Virus record (IMG/VR): IMGVR_UViG_3300034069_000930
Span: 1-64,000 of that record
From: a virus
Direction: 5' to 3' (one strand)
Length of the DNA: 64,000 nucleotides
Position 1 is the first letter of the stretch; every line of letters begins with the position of its first letter. Shown here in pieces: positions 41,951 through 50,524 of this stretch. Position numbers and translations under genes: made by a program. A model generated the notes under the pieces. It was not told where the DNA came from. It was given only the letters and a program-made list of their open reading frames with translations, and searched no databases.

Positions 41951-42588
41951 TCACTCATCGTTGCGCCGACGTCCACCCCGAGGGCGTCACCGACGTCGGC
42001 CACGACGGGCCACGGATTTGAAGGGGAGCCGCCATCGGCGCCGACCACAGCGGCAAGCTCGACAACATTGCGGATCGCGTAGGTGCGCCCCACCATGCGG
42101 CGCAGGCGGAACACGAAGTCAGCGCGGCGCACGAACTGCGTGTTCTCGAAGTCGGCGAGGCCAGTGATCCGCTCGGGCCGGACGTAGACAAGGCCTTGAG
42201 CCGATAGCGCGTCGCGGTTCTGCCCAACCTCGAAATTGTCGCGGAGCAAAGCCGCGGTCGACCGGGCTGCGGGGCCATAGAATGAGGCCGTGACCTCAAT
42301 CTCTTCCTGTCGGAAATGACGGCTCTGGCCCAGGCCGCGATCGGCCTCGCCGTCATGCACGGCGTCGATGTTGGGCGGGGCGTCAATGCCGGTCACGCCA
42401 ACGGCGCACCACGTGGTAGGCCGGTCGGGTTGCAGTGCAGGGCGCGGGAGACCCTTCACGACCACAAGGGCGTCCGTCAGCCCCGCAATGCCGGCGACAA
42501 CGCGACACAGCACCTGATCAAGGTCAACATCCTCGGCGGGCGCCAGGGTGAGCGGTGCGAGGTAGCCGGCGGTTGAGGAATCGGTCAC
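41947..42588 (-). CDS. neck/tail terminator-like protein
   Basis: 213 aa from a GTG overlapping the upstream stop (GTGA). ATGA overlap with the sheath start. Confidence 0.45.
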   Translation of the reverse strand: MTDSSTAGYLAPLTLAPAEDVDLDQVLCRVVAGIAGLTDALVVVKGLPRPALQPDRPTTWCAVGVTGIDAPPNIDAVHDGEADRGLGQSRHFRQEEIEVTASFYGPAARSTAALLRDNFEVGQNRDALSAQGLVYVRPERITGLADFENTQFVRRADFVFRLRRMVGRTYAIRNVVELAAVVGADGGSPSNPWPVVADVGDALGVDVGATMSE

Positions 42589-42938
42589 GGCAAGTTTGTT
42601 TTGGCCGCTACGGCCTGCACGTATCCAGCTCCGAATTTCGACCAATCATCCGTACCCATTATCGTGTACGTATCGCCCTGCCAGACGAACGTATCTTCGG
42701 TCTCTAGGGCACCGGCGCCAAAGGCATAGACCGTGACACCGCCCTCAATACGACCGGCATCAAGCAAGCGCTGAAGGTCGTTGCTGCGGGCGGGCTGAAC
42801 GACGGCGGTGACTGACAGTGTGACGGCACTGAACGTCGGAAGGTGATCGACCACGGCCGTCTGCGCCGCGCGGGTGACGGTCAGGGTTTCGCAGAAATCA
42901 GGATCGAGAAGGACGTCGGCGACGTCAAGGAAGGGCAT
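42585..42938 (-). CDS. head-tail joining protein
   Basis: 117-aa ORF in the connector block. Confidence 0.5.
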   Translation of the reverse strand: MPFLDVADVLLDPDFCETLTVTRAAQTAVVDHLPTFSAVTLSVTAVVQPARSNDLQRLLDAGRIEGGVTVYAFGAGALETEDTFVWQGDTYTIMGTDDWSKFGAGYVQAVAAKTNLP

Positions 42939-43141
42939 CAGAACATCGGCTCTGAAACAAAACCACCGTCGTACGGATGTTCACGGAATAACTGCGGCAA
43001 CTCGCTGTGACACGTAAAGTCGAGGACCACTGCAGCTTCGGTTGGTGACAATCTTCCTTGCTCCACGGCGTCGTTCACGACGCGCTGAACCGCCCATACA
43101 AGGGAGCCAGCATGGCACACGATTTCTTTGGGCTTAGGCAT
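42938..43141 (-). CDS. hypothetical small protein
   Basis: 67 aa. Locally lower GC (about 54% by eye). Confidence 0.45.
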   Translation of the reverse strand: MPKPKEIVCHAGSLVWAVQRVVNDAVEQGRLSPTEAAVVLDFTCHSELPQLFREHPYDGGFVSEPMF

Positions 43142-43722
43142 TAGATGTTACCGTCTTTGACGATATAGGTAATCGAACGTCTGAGTGCGCCTGTATCGAT
43201 AAGTGGCTTGACCAGTGCCTGATCGCCGAGAGTGTCTAACACCTCTTTCGGTGTGCCTTGACCAAGCAGTTTGAGATATTGCTTGGCGCCCCTACGGCCG
43301 CGGGCGGCGCGAGCTTCAATGGTGTGCTCGCTCAAGGGGGCGAAGGGACCGTCTGTGATGCGCTGCTGAACGGACGATACCGCGATCGTGCCGGCTTTGA
43401 CGAATTCTGCCGTGACCTTACTGAAATCACGGTCAAAAGCGTTTTCTCCGGCCTTGCGAAGCCGAGCAATGATCTGCCCTTGTGCGGAGCGTATGCCGGG
43501 TACGAGGAACGGTCGCGCTGGGATATGCCTTTCGTCGTCGCCGAACTCGTTCAGATATCCGAGCGTCGCGTTCGACGGTGGCGTGCCCTTTTCGCCCGGC
43601 TCAGGCTGACGCTCAGCGGTCGTGTCGGGAATGCCGACCAGAACCTTCATCCTGAGCAGGCGCTTGACGTTGTCGCCGAAAGTGACCGCACCTTTGGACG
43701 TGACAGTCGAGCGAGCGGCCAT
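43141..43722 (-). CDS. HK97 gp10-like head-tail connector protein
   Basis: 193 aa. C-terminal LIDTGALRRSITYIV matches the DTG.L..S family signature. Confidence 0.6.
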   Translation of the reverse strand: MAARSTVTSKGAVTFGDNVKRLLRMKVLVGIPDTTAERQPEPGEKGTPPSNATLGYLNEFGDDERHIPARPFLVPGIRSAQGQIIARLRKAGENAFDRDFSKVTAEFVKAGTIAVSSVQQRITDGPFAPLSEHTIEARAARGRRGAKQYLKLLGQGTPKEVLDTLGDQALVKPLIDTGALRRSITYIVKDGNI

Positions 43723-44168
43723 CAGGCGGTCGCTGGCGCCTTCGCGTCAGTCTGTGGCTTGATGATCACGCTGGGCGCGGCATCGCTGCCCTGGGGCTTC
43801 TGGGGCGCCTTAACGGTCTCTTCCGGCTGCGGGCGATTTGCGTCCATCCACTCGCCCCTGTCGAGGCCGAGCTTGCGCCAATCGTCGTCGCTCATCTCCT
43901 CCACCGGCACGATGCCGAGCGCGTTGGCGTCGTGGCTGTCGGCGAGGGCGTCGGGGATATGATGAATGCCTCGGAAGAACTCATAGGGCGTGCCGAACGC
44001 CGACGCGTCCTTGCCAACCGCCTCGGCAGCGGCCTTCTGCTCAGCGGTCGCAAACCGACCGCGGATGTGTGCCGGCACGAAGTAGTCCATCATGACCTCG
44101 GATTTCAGAAGGTGCCGCACCGCGCTCATCAGCCCGTCGGCGTTGTCGGACGTCTTGTTGACCGGCAT
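43722..44168 (-). CDS. hypothetical head-module protein
   Basis: 148-aa ORF. 1-nt overlap downstream. Confidence 0.5.
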   Translation of the reverse strand: MPVNKTSDNADGLMSAVRHLLKSEVMMDYFVPAHIRGRFATAEQKAAAEAVGKDASAFGTPYEFFRGIHHIPDALADSHDANALGIVPVEEMSDDDWRKLGLDRGEWMDANRPQPEETVKAPQKPQGSDAAPSVIIKPQTDAKAPATA

Positions 44169-44171
44169 GGG

Positions 44172-44618
44172 TCAGAATCGGCGACCGAAGCCGTATCCTT
44201 GGCCAGGCCGAGGCAGCGGGCGCGGATGGGCGATGTAGAACGGCCCGGTGTTGAAGCTCTTGAGCATGCGATAGAGGCGCTGCCCGTACCCGGTGGCATT
44301 CCATTCGCCGGCTCCGTCGATGGACGAGTCGGAAGTGTCATAGGATACCGACACGGAGCCGACCGACTTCGACGAGACCGCGGCAAGGGAGCCACCTGCG
44401 ATGCCGCCGGTCGCCGCCGCCTTCGCGGCTTTGGCGGACAGCGCCATGTTGTGTGCTGCAAACAGCATGACCGCGAGGGGAAGAGATCCCCCAAAACGAT
44501 CCGCGCTCAGTTCGCGTTCCGCTTCAGCCTCCCACAGATCGAACTGGATCTGGGTGTAGGTGGCGGCATCGGCGAATTCAGGAAAGGCCGCGACGAACGT
44601 CTCGTAGTCAACGACCAT
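44172..44618 (-). CDS. head-tail adaptor (DUF4054-like)
   Basis: 148 aa. FVAAFPEFADA...AVMLFAAHNMAL is typical of that family (from memory). Confidence 0.55.
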   Translation of the reverse strand: MVVDYETFVAAFPEFADAATYTQIQFDLWEAEAERELSADRFGGSLPLAVMLFAAHNMALSAKAAKAAATGGIAGGSLAAVSSKSVGSVSVSYDTSDSSIDGAGEWNATGYGQRLYRMLKSFNTGPFYIAHPRPLPRPGQGYGFGRRF

Positions 44619-44626
44619 GGTTCAGG

Positions 44627-45100
44627 TCACTTCGTAGGCGAGGCAGCCGAGGCGGCGGGCTTCGATACGACGGTCGCGGGCGTCACCGTGCCGGGAGCCA
44701 AGATGGCGGGAGCGGACGGATCAGACTTCTGCGCCATGTCGGACGCCTTGACCGGCCCCACATCCGTCACGGTCGAGCCATCGGATGACCCCTGTGCTCG
44801 GGCGAGCGCGGGCTCGAACCCATACTCGTCGTCTGGCTCATCGCCGGTGACTTCGTAGACCAAGCCGGCGGTGTTGCCGGCCTTCACCGCGTCGGCGTCC
44901 GCAATGAAGTTCGGGCTTCCCTTGGCCCACGCCCGATAAACCTCGGCGTCGGCCGCGGACAGTTCGTTCAGGCCGGGCGAGATCTCGATGCTCCGCAGCG
45001 CCGGAGCAAGGCCGGGCTTGCCCTTGAACTCGTCGGGCGTGGGCTCGGTAGCGGCGATCCGCATCGGCAGGCCGGAGCGAACGCGAAGAGTATCAGCCAT
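44627..45100 (-). CDS. hypothetical head-module protein
   Basis: 157-aa ORF. Confidence 0.5.
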   Translation of the reverse strand: MADTLRVRSGLPMRIAATEPTPDEFKGKPGLAPALRSIEISPGLNELSAADAEVYRAWAKGSPNFIADADAVKAGNTAGLVYEVTGDEPDDEYGFEPALARAQGSSDGSTVTDVGPVKASDMAQKSDPSAPAILAPGTVTPATVVSKPAASAASPTK

Positions 45101-45112
45101 GATGCGCCCTCC

Positions 45113-45616
45113 TCAGGCGGCTTGTTCGACGACGCCGCGGGTCTCGGGGTCGAGCACCTTGGCCTTGGGGTCGACCGGCTCAAGGCCAGTCTTGATGGCA
45201 ACGCGCTCTGCGGCCTTCGCCTGAACGTCGGTGCTGTGGGCGAAAACGAGTCCCTTGGTGATGAACTCATTGTCCTTGTTCGCCTCGCGCCAGCGCTCCC
45301 ACGCGTCCTTGGGGACGCCGTAGGTGAGACCGGCCGCATGACGGATGTCGTGCAGGGTCTCGTGGTCAGATCCGCGGTACTTCGCGGATCCATTCAGTTT
45401 GATGGCGGCCCCAACTGCCCGCGCCCGCTTGAATTTGCGGACGGCACCGGCGCCGACGATTTCCTCGGCATCCTCCATCACGAACGTCTGCATCATGATC
45501 CCGAGGGGGAGCTTGCAGGCGACAGTGACGGTTTCTCCCGTGCGAGACACGGGATCCAGCGTGGAGGGCTGAACGTGAGGCCGTGCGGTGGACTGGGGCT
45601 GGGAGGGGGTCGCCAT
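45113..45616 (-). CDS. hypothetical head-module protein
   Basis: 167-aa ORF directly downstream of the capsid gene. Confidence 0.5.
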   Translation of the reverse strand: MATPSQPQSTARPHVQPSTLDPVSRTGETVTVACKLPLGIMMQTFVMEDAEEIVGAGAVRKFKRARAVGAAIKLNGSAKYRGSDHETLHDIRHAAGLTYGVPKDAWERWREANKDNEFITKGLVFAHSTDVQAKAAERVAIKTGLEPVDPKAKVLDPETRGVVEQAA

Positions 45617-45619
45617 GGA

Positions 45620-46681
45620 TCAAACGCCGATCAGGGTCGCGAAAGCAAGCGGGTAGCGGATGATCGCACCGTAAGCGCTCGCCGACTTCTTCTGAAGGTA
45701 GGACGAGGACTTGTATTCGATGCGGTGATCACGCTGCTTCTCACCGAAGGCGCAGTAGGCCGTATCCTCGCCGTCGAGCTTGCGCGCGATAAGCTGAATG
45801 ATGTTGCCGGCCGGCGTCGCGTACAGGGGATCGGCGACGAACCTCAGGTTCGGCATGAACTGCCGGACGTAATCCTGGAACCCGATGCCGAACGAGTTGG
45901 ACGCGCCGAGGGCGCTGCCGACCGTGTTCGGATAGACGAGAACAAGGTCGTCGCTGAGGTTCACGTACCCACCCGTGACCGAGTTGAGCTGATTGAACAG
46001 CATCAAGACGTCCGCGTACTGCTCCTGGGCGGTCGCGACGGGCTGGTTGTTGTTCACCCACTTCGTGCCGCCGGCCGCCTTGGTGGTCGGAGTCAGAGCC
46101 GCGGGGAGCGACGGGTCGTTGAGCATGCCGTAGTTGGCGAGACCCGCGACGCCGTAGTGGTAGATGTAATCCGCGCGCTTGTTCAGCGTGAGGGCGCACG
46201 ACCCCTGCTTGGCCGAGACAAGATTGATGTTGGCGAGTTCTGCCAATTCGACTTCGCGATCGCCGATCGTCATATGGGTCTGGAAGTGGAAGGGCTGGCG
46301 CGCCTCCCAGCCCGCGTTCACCTCAGAGATGGCATCGTCGTTGTAATCGCCATAGGCCGCAGTGACGCCGACGTTCTCGATGATCGGGAAGTAGATGGTG
46401 GACGAAGCCCAGTCACCCTTCTTCTGCTCACCCAGAATTTCGGCTCCCTTCATCGGCGTCTGCAGAATGCGGACGGTGTTGGGGTCGATGAAGGACGACA
46501 GGAACGCAGGGATACCGCCGTTCGGGCTCGTCTGCAGCGTGGGCTGGGCATCGCACGCCAGCTTGAAAGCGCGAAAGTCGCGCTTCGCCAGAGGCGGCAT
46601 ATAATCCATCGCGTGCAGGTATTCCTTTGCAGGGAAGATACCGCAAGCGTGGAGTCCGTCGAGGTGGTCCTGAGTGAGCAT
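45620..46681 (-). CDS. major capsid protein (DUF2184-like)
   Basis: 353 aa. Sits after the protease/scaffold and cement-like genes. Family name from memory. Confidence 0.75.
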   Translation of the reverse strand: MLTQDHLDGLHACGIFPAKEYLHAMDYMPPLAKRDFRAFKLACDAQPTLQTSPNGGIPAFLSSFIDPNTVRILQTPMKGAEILGEQKKGDWASSTIYFPIIENVGVTAAYGDYNDDAISEVNAGWEARQPFHFQTHMTIGDREVELAELANINLVSAKQGSCALTLNKRADYIYHYGVAGLANYGMLNDPSLPAALTPTTKAAGGTKWVNNNQPVATAQEQYADVLMLFNQLNSVTGGYVNLSDDLVLVYPNTVGSALGASNSFGIGFQDYVRQFMPNLRFVADPLYATPAGNIIQLIARKLDGEDTAYCAFGEKQRDHRIEYKSSSYLQKKSASAYGAIIRYPLAFATLIGV

Positions 46682-46693
46682 TTTAGCCTATCC

Positions 46694-47197
46694 TTAGCCG
46701 AGGGCGATGGAGGTCATCTTGATGAGCTCGCCCGCGGCTCCGGTGGACTGGGCGTAGAACTTGGTCTCGGTGGAGCCCGAAACGGTTGCCCCGGCAGCGG
46801 CGAAGGACACCGTGCCGTTGCTGTTGTTGGCGAAAGCCTTCTGGCCGATCGCGACGGCGGAGGAGCCGGCGTTGACGACCCAGAAGTCGCCGCCCTTCAT
46901 CAGTTCGCCGATGCCAGAGCCGGGCATCGTGGTCATGCCGAACTTCGCGGGGTAGGCCGTGATGAGGGCCTGCATGTCGCGATGCAGGAAGCCCGTCGGG
47001 GCGCCCGTGCCGGTGTTCGACAGGATCGTACCCGTGGCGGTATCCGCCCAAGCGAAGCAGCCGATGGTGATGCCGTTGGGACCGGCGACGAAGCCGCCGG
47101 GCTGAGACAGCACGGAATGGCGCGGATTGACGGAGCAGAAGTCGCCAGCGATCCCGTAGGCCGGGAAGGTCTGGATGGCGGTGGACTGGAACGGCAT
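46694..47197 (-). CDS. capsid cement/decoration-like protein
   Basis: 167 aa, Gly/Ala/Thr-rich. Lies between the scaffold and capsid genes. Confidence 0.45.
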   Translation of the reverse strand: MPFQSTAIQTFPAYGIAGDFCSVNPRHSVLSQPGGFVAGPNGITIGCFAWADTATGTILSNTGTGAPTGFLHRDMQALITAYPAKFGMTTMPGSGIGELMKGGDFWVVNAGSSAVAIGQKAFANNSNGTVSFAAAGATVSGSTETKFYAQSTGAAGELIKMTSIALG

Positions 47198-47211
47198 CGT
47201 GAGGTCTCCCC

Positions 47212-48696
47212 TTAGCCGGTGAAGCGGGTCGAAGCGGGGAACATTTCCGCGAAGGACTTGCCGCTCGTGGCCGCATCGGCGGCGAGCGGGACGACGCGAG
47301 CCGTGACGGCCGCAGCCTTCAAGCCGGCGTGGGCGTCGAACACGGCCTTGAGCGCACTGTCGTGCAGCTTGTCGGTGTCCTTGACGCCAAGGACCGTGAG
47401 GCCGGCACGGAACACCTCAGGAGCGCTGTCGAAAGCGCCAGCGAGCTTGCCAACACTGGAGGCGGCGACGTGCGCCTCGGCGTCGCGGATGTCGCGGTTG
47501 CGCTGGCGCTCGGCCGTGACGGCACCGTCAACTGCGGAGGTGATCGCGGCATCCATGGCGGTCTGCTCGACCTTGCCCTTGGTAGCTTCGCGAACGGCCT
47601 TGGCGATGGCGGCGTCGGTCGCCTGCTTGGCCGCGACCTTCTTGGCCTCCTCGTCCTCGGCGGGCGGGGGCGGCGGGGGCATCTCACCCTTGCAGATCGC
47701 ATCGATCTGCTCGTCGGTCAGGCCCTTGGTCTTCAGCATATCGCGGAGCTGCGCGTCGTCCTCATCGACAGTGGCGTCGACATCGACATCCGGCGCGACC
47801 TCAGCGGCGATGGCTTCCGAATTGTCCGCCATCACCTCGGCGACCTGCTCGACGATGTCCTTGACCTCATCCGTGTCGAGGTCGGCATCCTTGGCCAACT
47901 TGCCCTTGAGGGCAGCGTCGAGCGCCTTGGCGATGGCCGGAGCCTTGGCCTTGGCGTTCTTGACCGTCACGCCCTTGAGCATCGGCAGGATGTCGAGCTT
48001 GGTGTCGGCCGCCATCTTGGGGCGAACATGCACCATGAGGGCGCCGGACAGGGCGCCGGAGAGAGCCGCTGCGGAAGCGGCCGTGCGGGGCAAAACCGCT
48101 TTGGCAGTCATGAAGATATCCTTCAAGGAGGGGAGAGCAGCGTCGAGCACGCGGACACCAGGTCCAGCCCGACCTTCGGGGACGATGGCGACATGCGACC
48201 CGGAGATCGCGGTCATGCGGCCGTCGTAACGAGAGCCATCCGGTGCCGTTCCAGGCTCCATGATGGCTTTGTAGCGGTAGCAGGCGGAAAGCTGTTCGTG
48301 CTCACCGGAGTCGATGGCGCGAGATGCAGCGCTCGGCCAAATGTCGAGCCGCCCGTACAGGAATGGCGCATCCCACTCGACGCCCGTCACGCTTCCGACG
48401 GTGACGTCGTGATCGTGGTTGAAAGCGTTGATCAGGTGGTGGCCGAACAGCAACGGCTTGCCGTTGAAACTATCGGCCGCTTTCTCAAGCTCATCGGCGT
48501 CGCGATAGAGCTTATAAACGCGACTCGGGTCGAGCCCGAGTTCTTCGTGGTCCGGTATCTCTCGCCCATAATAGGGGCAGACATTCGCCTTCGTGATCGG
48601 CGTCCGGCTGACGTGCATGTGGCCGTCGTCGTCGGTGGTCCGAACCGAAGCGCGGTCGAGCGCGAGACGATCTCCAGCCTGGATGGCAGAAGCCAT
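47212..48696 (-). CDS. prohead protease/scaffold fusion (DUF2213-like)
   Basis: 494 aa from MASAIQAG (GAGG SD). A globular N-terminus, then a long Ala/Lys/Asp/Glu-rich helical scaffold-like region. Confidence 0.65.
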   Translation of the reverse strand: MASAIQAGDRLALDRASVRTTDDDGHMHVSRTPITKANVCPYYGREIPDHEELGLDPSRVYKLYRDADELEKAADSFNGKPLLFGHHLINAFNHDHDVTVGSVTGVEWDAPFLYGRLDIWPSAASRAIDSGEHEQLSACYRYKAIMEPGTAPDGSRYDGRMTAISGSHVAIVPEGRAGPGVRVLDAALPSLKDIFMTAKAVLPRTAASAAALSGALSGALMVHVRPKMAADTKLDILPMLKGVTVKNAKAKAPAIAKALDAALKGKLAKDADLDTDEVKDIVEQVAEVMADNSEAIAAEVAPDVDVDATVDEDDAQLRDMLKTKGLTDEQIDAICKGEMPPPPPPAEDEEAKKVAAKQATDAAIAKAVREATKGKVEQTAMDAAITSAVDGAVTAERQRNRDIRDAEAHVAASSVGKLAGAFDSAPEVFRAGLTVLGVKDTDKLHDSALKAVFDAHAGLKAAAVTARVVPLAADAATSGKSFAEMFPASTRFTG

Positions 48697-48704
48697 GTGG
48701 CGCC

Positions 48705-49493
48705 TCAATCTTCGTTGATGATCGGGCTCGCGTAGCACCGGCAGTTGAATGTGCAGCCCGGCAAAGCCTTGATGCCCGGATCGCATTCCGGCGGGTCGTC
48801 CCAGCGGAACGTCAGCCCGTTCAGTTTGCGGTGGCTATCACGGACATCGTGATCGCCTGCCGTGACCCATCGAAAGTGTGTGCTGCCGACGTGCTGGGCT
48901 CTCACGGCCTGCAACGTCGTGCTGGCGCGCCCAACCTCGGTGCGAGCGATGAGGTTCGCGCGTGATCGGGTGACGGCGCCCGTCTTCATGATCTCGTCGG
49001 CGATGTCGCTGGCCCTGCGGCCGGTCGACAACCCTTCCGTCACGAGCTTGTGGACGCGCTCGCTGGCGTCCTGCGGGAGCGACGTGATCAGCCGCACCTG
49101 TTCCCGCTTCATCGCTTCGATAGCGGGGGCCACCGGCGCCGAGGCGACCGCCTTGACGATGCCTTGGCCGATCTCAGCGGACAGTTCCCGCCACTGTCTT
49201 TCATCGGCCCTGGCGACCTCCGCGACCATCTTGTCCGCGCTGCGGGCGGCGTACTGGCCGAGGTCGTTGCGGTAGCGCTGCAGCGCAGCCTGAAGGAGCG
49301 TTTGCCCCTCGGGCGTCATCACGTCGTAGTGCTTGACGAGGCTGTCGATGTCTCGCGCGATCTTGCGAAGACGAGCCCCGTATCGCTTCACCAAGCCCGC
49401 CGCTCGCTTGAAGGCGGAGGCGGCGGACCGAAAGTTGGCGCGATCCTGAGCGAAGACCGTATGGGCGAAGGGATCGCGATGGTGGTGGTTCAA
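48705..49493 (-). CDS. head morphogenesis protein (SPP1 gp7 / Mu F-like)
   Basis: 262 aa, TTG start. ARTEVGRAST and DHDVRDSHRKLNG...PGCTFNCRC are family hallmarks. Confidence 0.85.
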   Translation of the reverse strand: MNHHHRDPFAHTVFAQDRANFRSAASAFKRAAGLVKRYGARLRKIARDIDSLVKHYDVMTPEGQTLLQAALQRYRNDLGQYAARSADKMVAEVARADERQWRELSAEIGQGIVKAVASAPVAPAIEAMKREQVRLITSLPQDASERVHKLVTEGLSTGRRASDIADEIMKTGAVTRSRANLIARTEVGRASTTLQAVRAQHVGSTHFRWVTAGDHDVRDSHRKLNGLTFRWDDPPECDPGIKALPGCTFNCRCYASPIINED

Positions 49494-49516
49494 GCCGCGG
49501 CCCCAAAACTAGGTTT

Positions 49517-49549
49517 GCGCCCCGCCGAGAGTGAACGTCAGCGGGGCGC
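49517..49549. other. 9-bp perfect GC hairpin in the 173-nt intergenic gap
   Basis: GCGCCCCGC-N15-GCGGGGCGC. Confidence 0.5.
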
Positions 49550-49616
49550 TACGAACTCACCCACCTGGAGGCTGGCGGACGTTCGCTGCCGAGGTTTGCC
49601 CACTCGTCGGCTTGGG

Positions 49617-49652
49617 CCGCTCGGGTAGAAACGGCAGAAAGACCCCGAGCGG
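49617..49652. other. second 9-bp perfect hairpin in the same gap
   Basis: CCGCTCGGG-N18-CCCGAGCGG, 15 nt after the stop at 49667. Confidence 0.5.
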
Positions 49653-49666
49653 GTTTGAACTGAATG

Positions 49667-50047
49667 TCAGTTTCCATAGTCGACAGCGACGATCTCGCCA
49701 TCCAGCACACCGAAACTGTCTCGCTTCGGCTCGGCCTGGATCCAGTAGCCATCGCGCCGACAATGAGCGTCGAAGTCGAACCGGGCCCAGAGATCATCTG
49801 GGACAGGTTCAGCGCGGCGCATCACGTTCAGGAACCCGCCGGGCAAGCTGAACACGATCGGGGCAATGCCGTCTTGGCGGTGGCCCCATCGTCCGAGCCC
49901 GTTAGCCCGACGCTCCTGCATATTGTCGATGAGGCCCCACACCGTTGTCCACCAGGAGCGAACGTTCGGGATCTTGTAGGCGTGGCGCGCGGTCAGAACG
50001 ACGAGACGATTGGCGCCCGTGAGAACGATGCGCGGCACGTCACGCAA
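49667..50047 (-). CDS. hypothetical protein with faint protein-kinase-like motifs
   Basis: 126 aa. ARHAYKIP, NMQERR and FGVLDGEIVAVDYG loosely resemble the VAIK Lys, alpha-C Glu and DFG regions. Too short for a full kinase core. Confidence 0.45.
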   Translation of the reverse strand: MRDVPRIVLTGANRLVVLTARHAYKIPNVRSWWTTVWGLIDNMQERRANGLGRWGHRQDGIAPIVFSLPGGFLNVMRRAEPVPDDLWARFDFDAHCRRDGYWIQAEPKRDSFGVLDGEIVAVDYGN

Positions 50048-50279
50048 CTGCCCCCATCATTCTTCGCATCTCTGGCAGCGTGTCCGCCAGCGCCTGCCAG
50101 TTCCCAGCCGCGACGGCGTGCTTGGCGAGGTCAAAAGCCGCATCGTTGATTTCCTCGGGCGACTTGCCGAAGAATTCGTTGCGGACAGCGCCGGCCCGCT
50201 CGGATGCGGGCATGCGGGCATACGACAGGGCCCAGAACGGACCGCGGCGGGTGGGCTCGGGACGACGCTGGAGAGGCAT
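50040..50279 (-). CDS. hypothetical protein
   Basis: 79-aa ORF. 8-nt overlap downstream and 1-nt overlap upstream. Confidence 0.45.
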   Translation of the reverse strand: MPLQRRPEPTRRGPFWALSYARMPASERAGAVRNEFFGKSPEEINDAAFDLAKHAVAAGNWQALADTLPEMRRMMGAVA

Positions 50280-50524
50280 CAGTTGGGCTTGCTTGGGACG
50301 GTGCCATTGAGGACGAAGTCGGCGTAGCTTTTAGCGAGATTGATCGCCATGCCGCCGTCCCGCATATGTTCGTCGCTGAGAGCTAACCGGAGACAGTCTA
50401 AGCGGAAGCCTGGCTCCGACATGTCGCCGACACGGGCAGCAGCCTCGTTCAGCTCGGTCATGACCTCCCGTACATCGTCGAGATCGATGCGGGCGATGAT
50501 GCTTTCGCGCGTTTCGTCGGTCAC
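50279..50524 (-). CDS. hypothetical acidic protein
   Basis: 81 aa. ATGA overlap with the portal stop. Confidence 0.5.
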   Translation of the reverse strand: MTDETRESIIARIDLDDVREVMTELNEAAARVGDMSEPGFRLDCLRLALSDEHMRDGGMAINLAKSYADFVLNGTVPSKPN

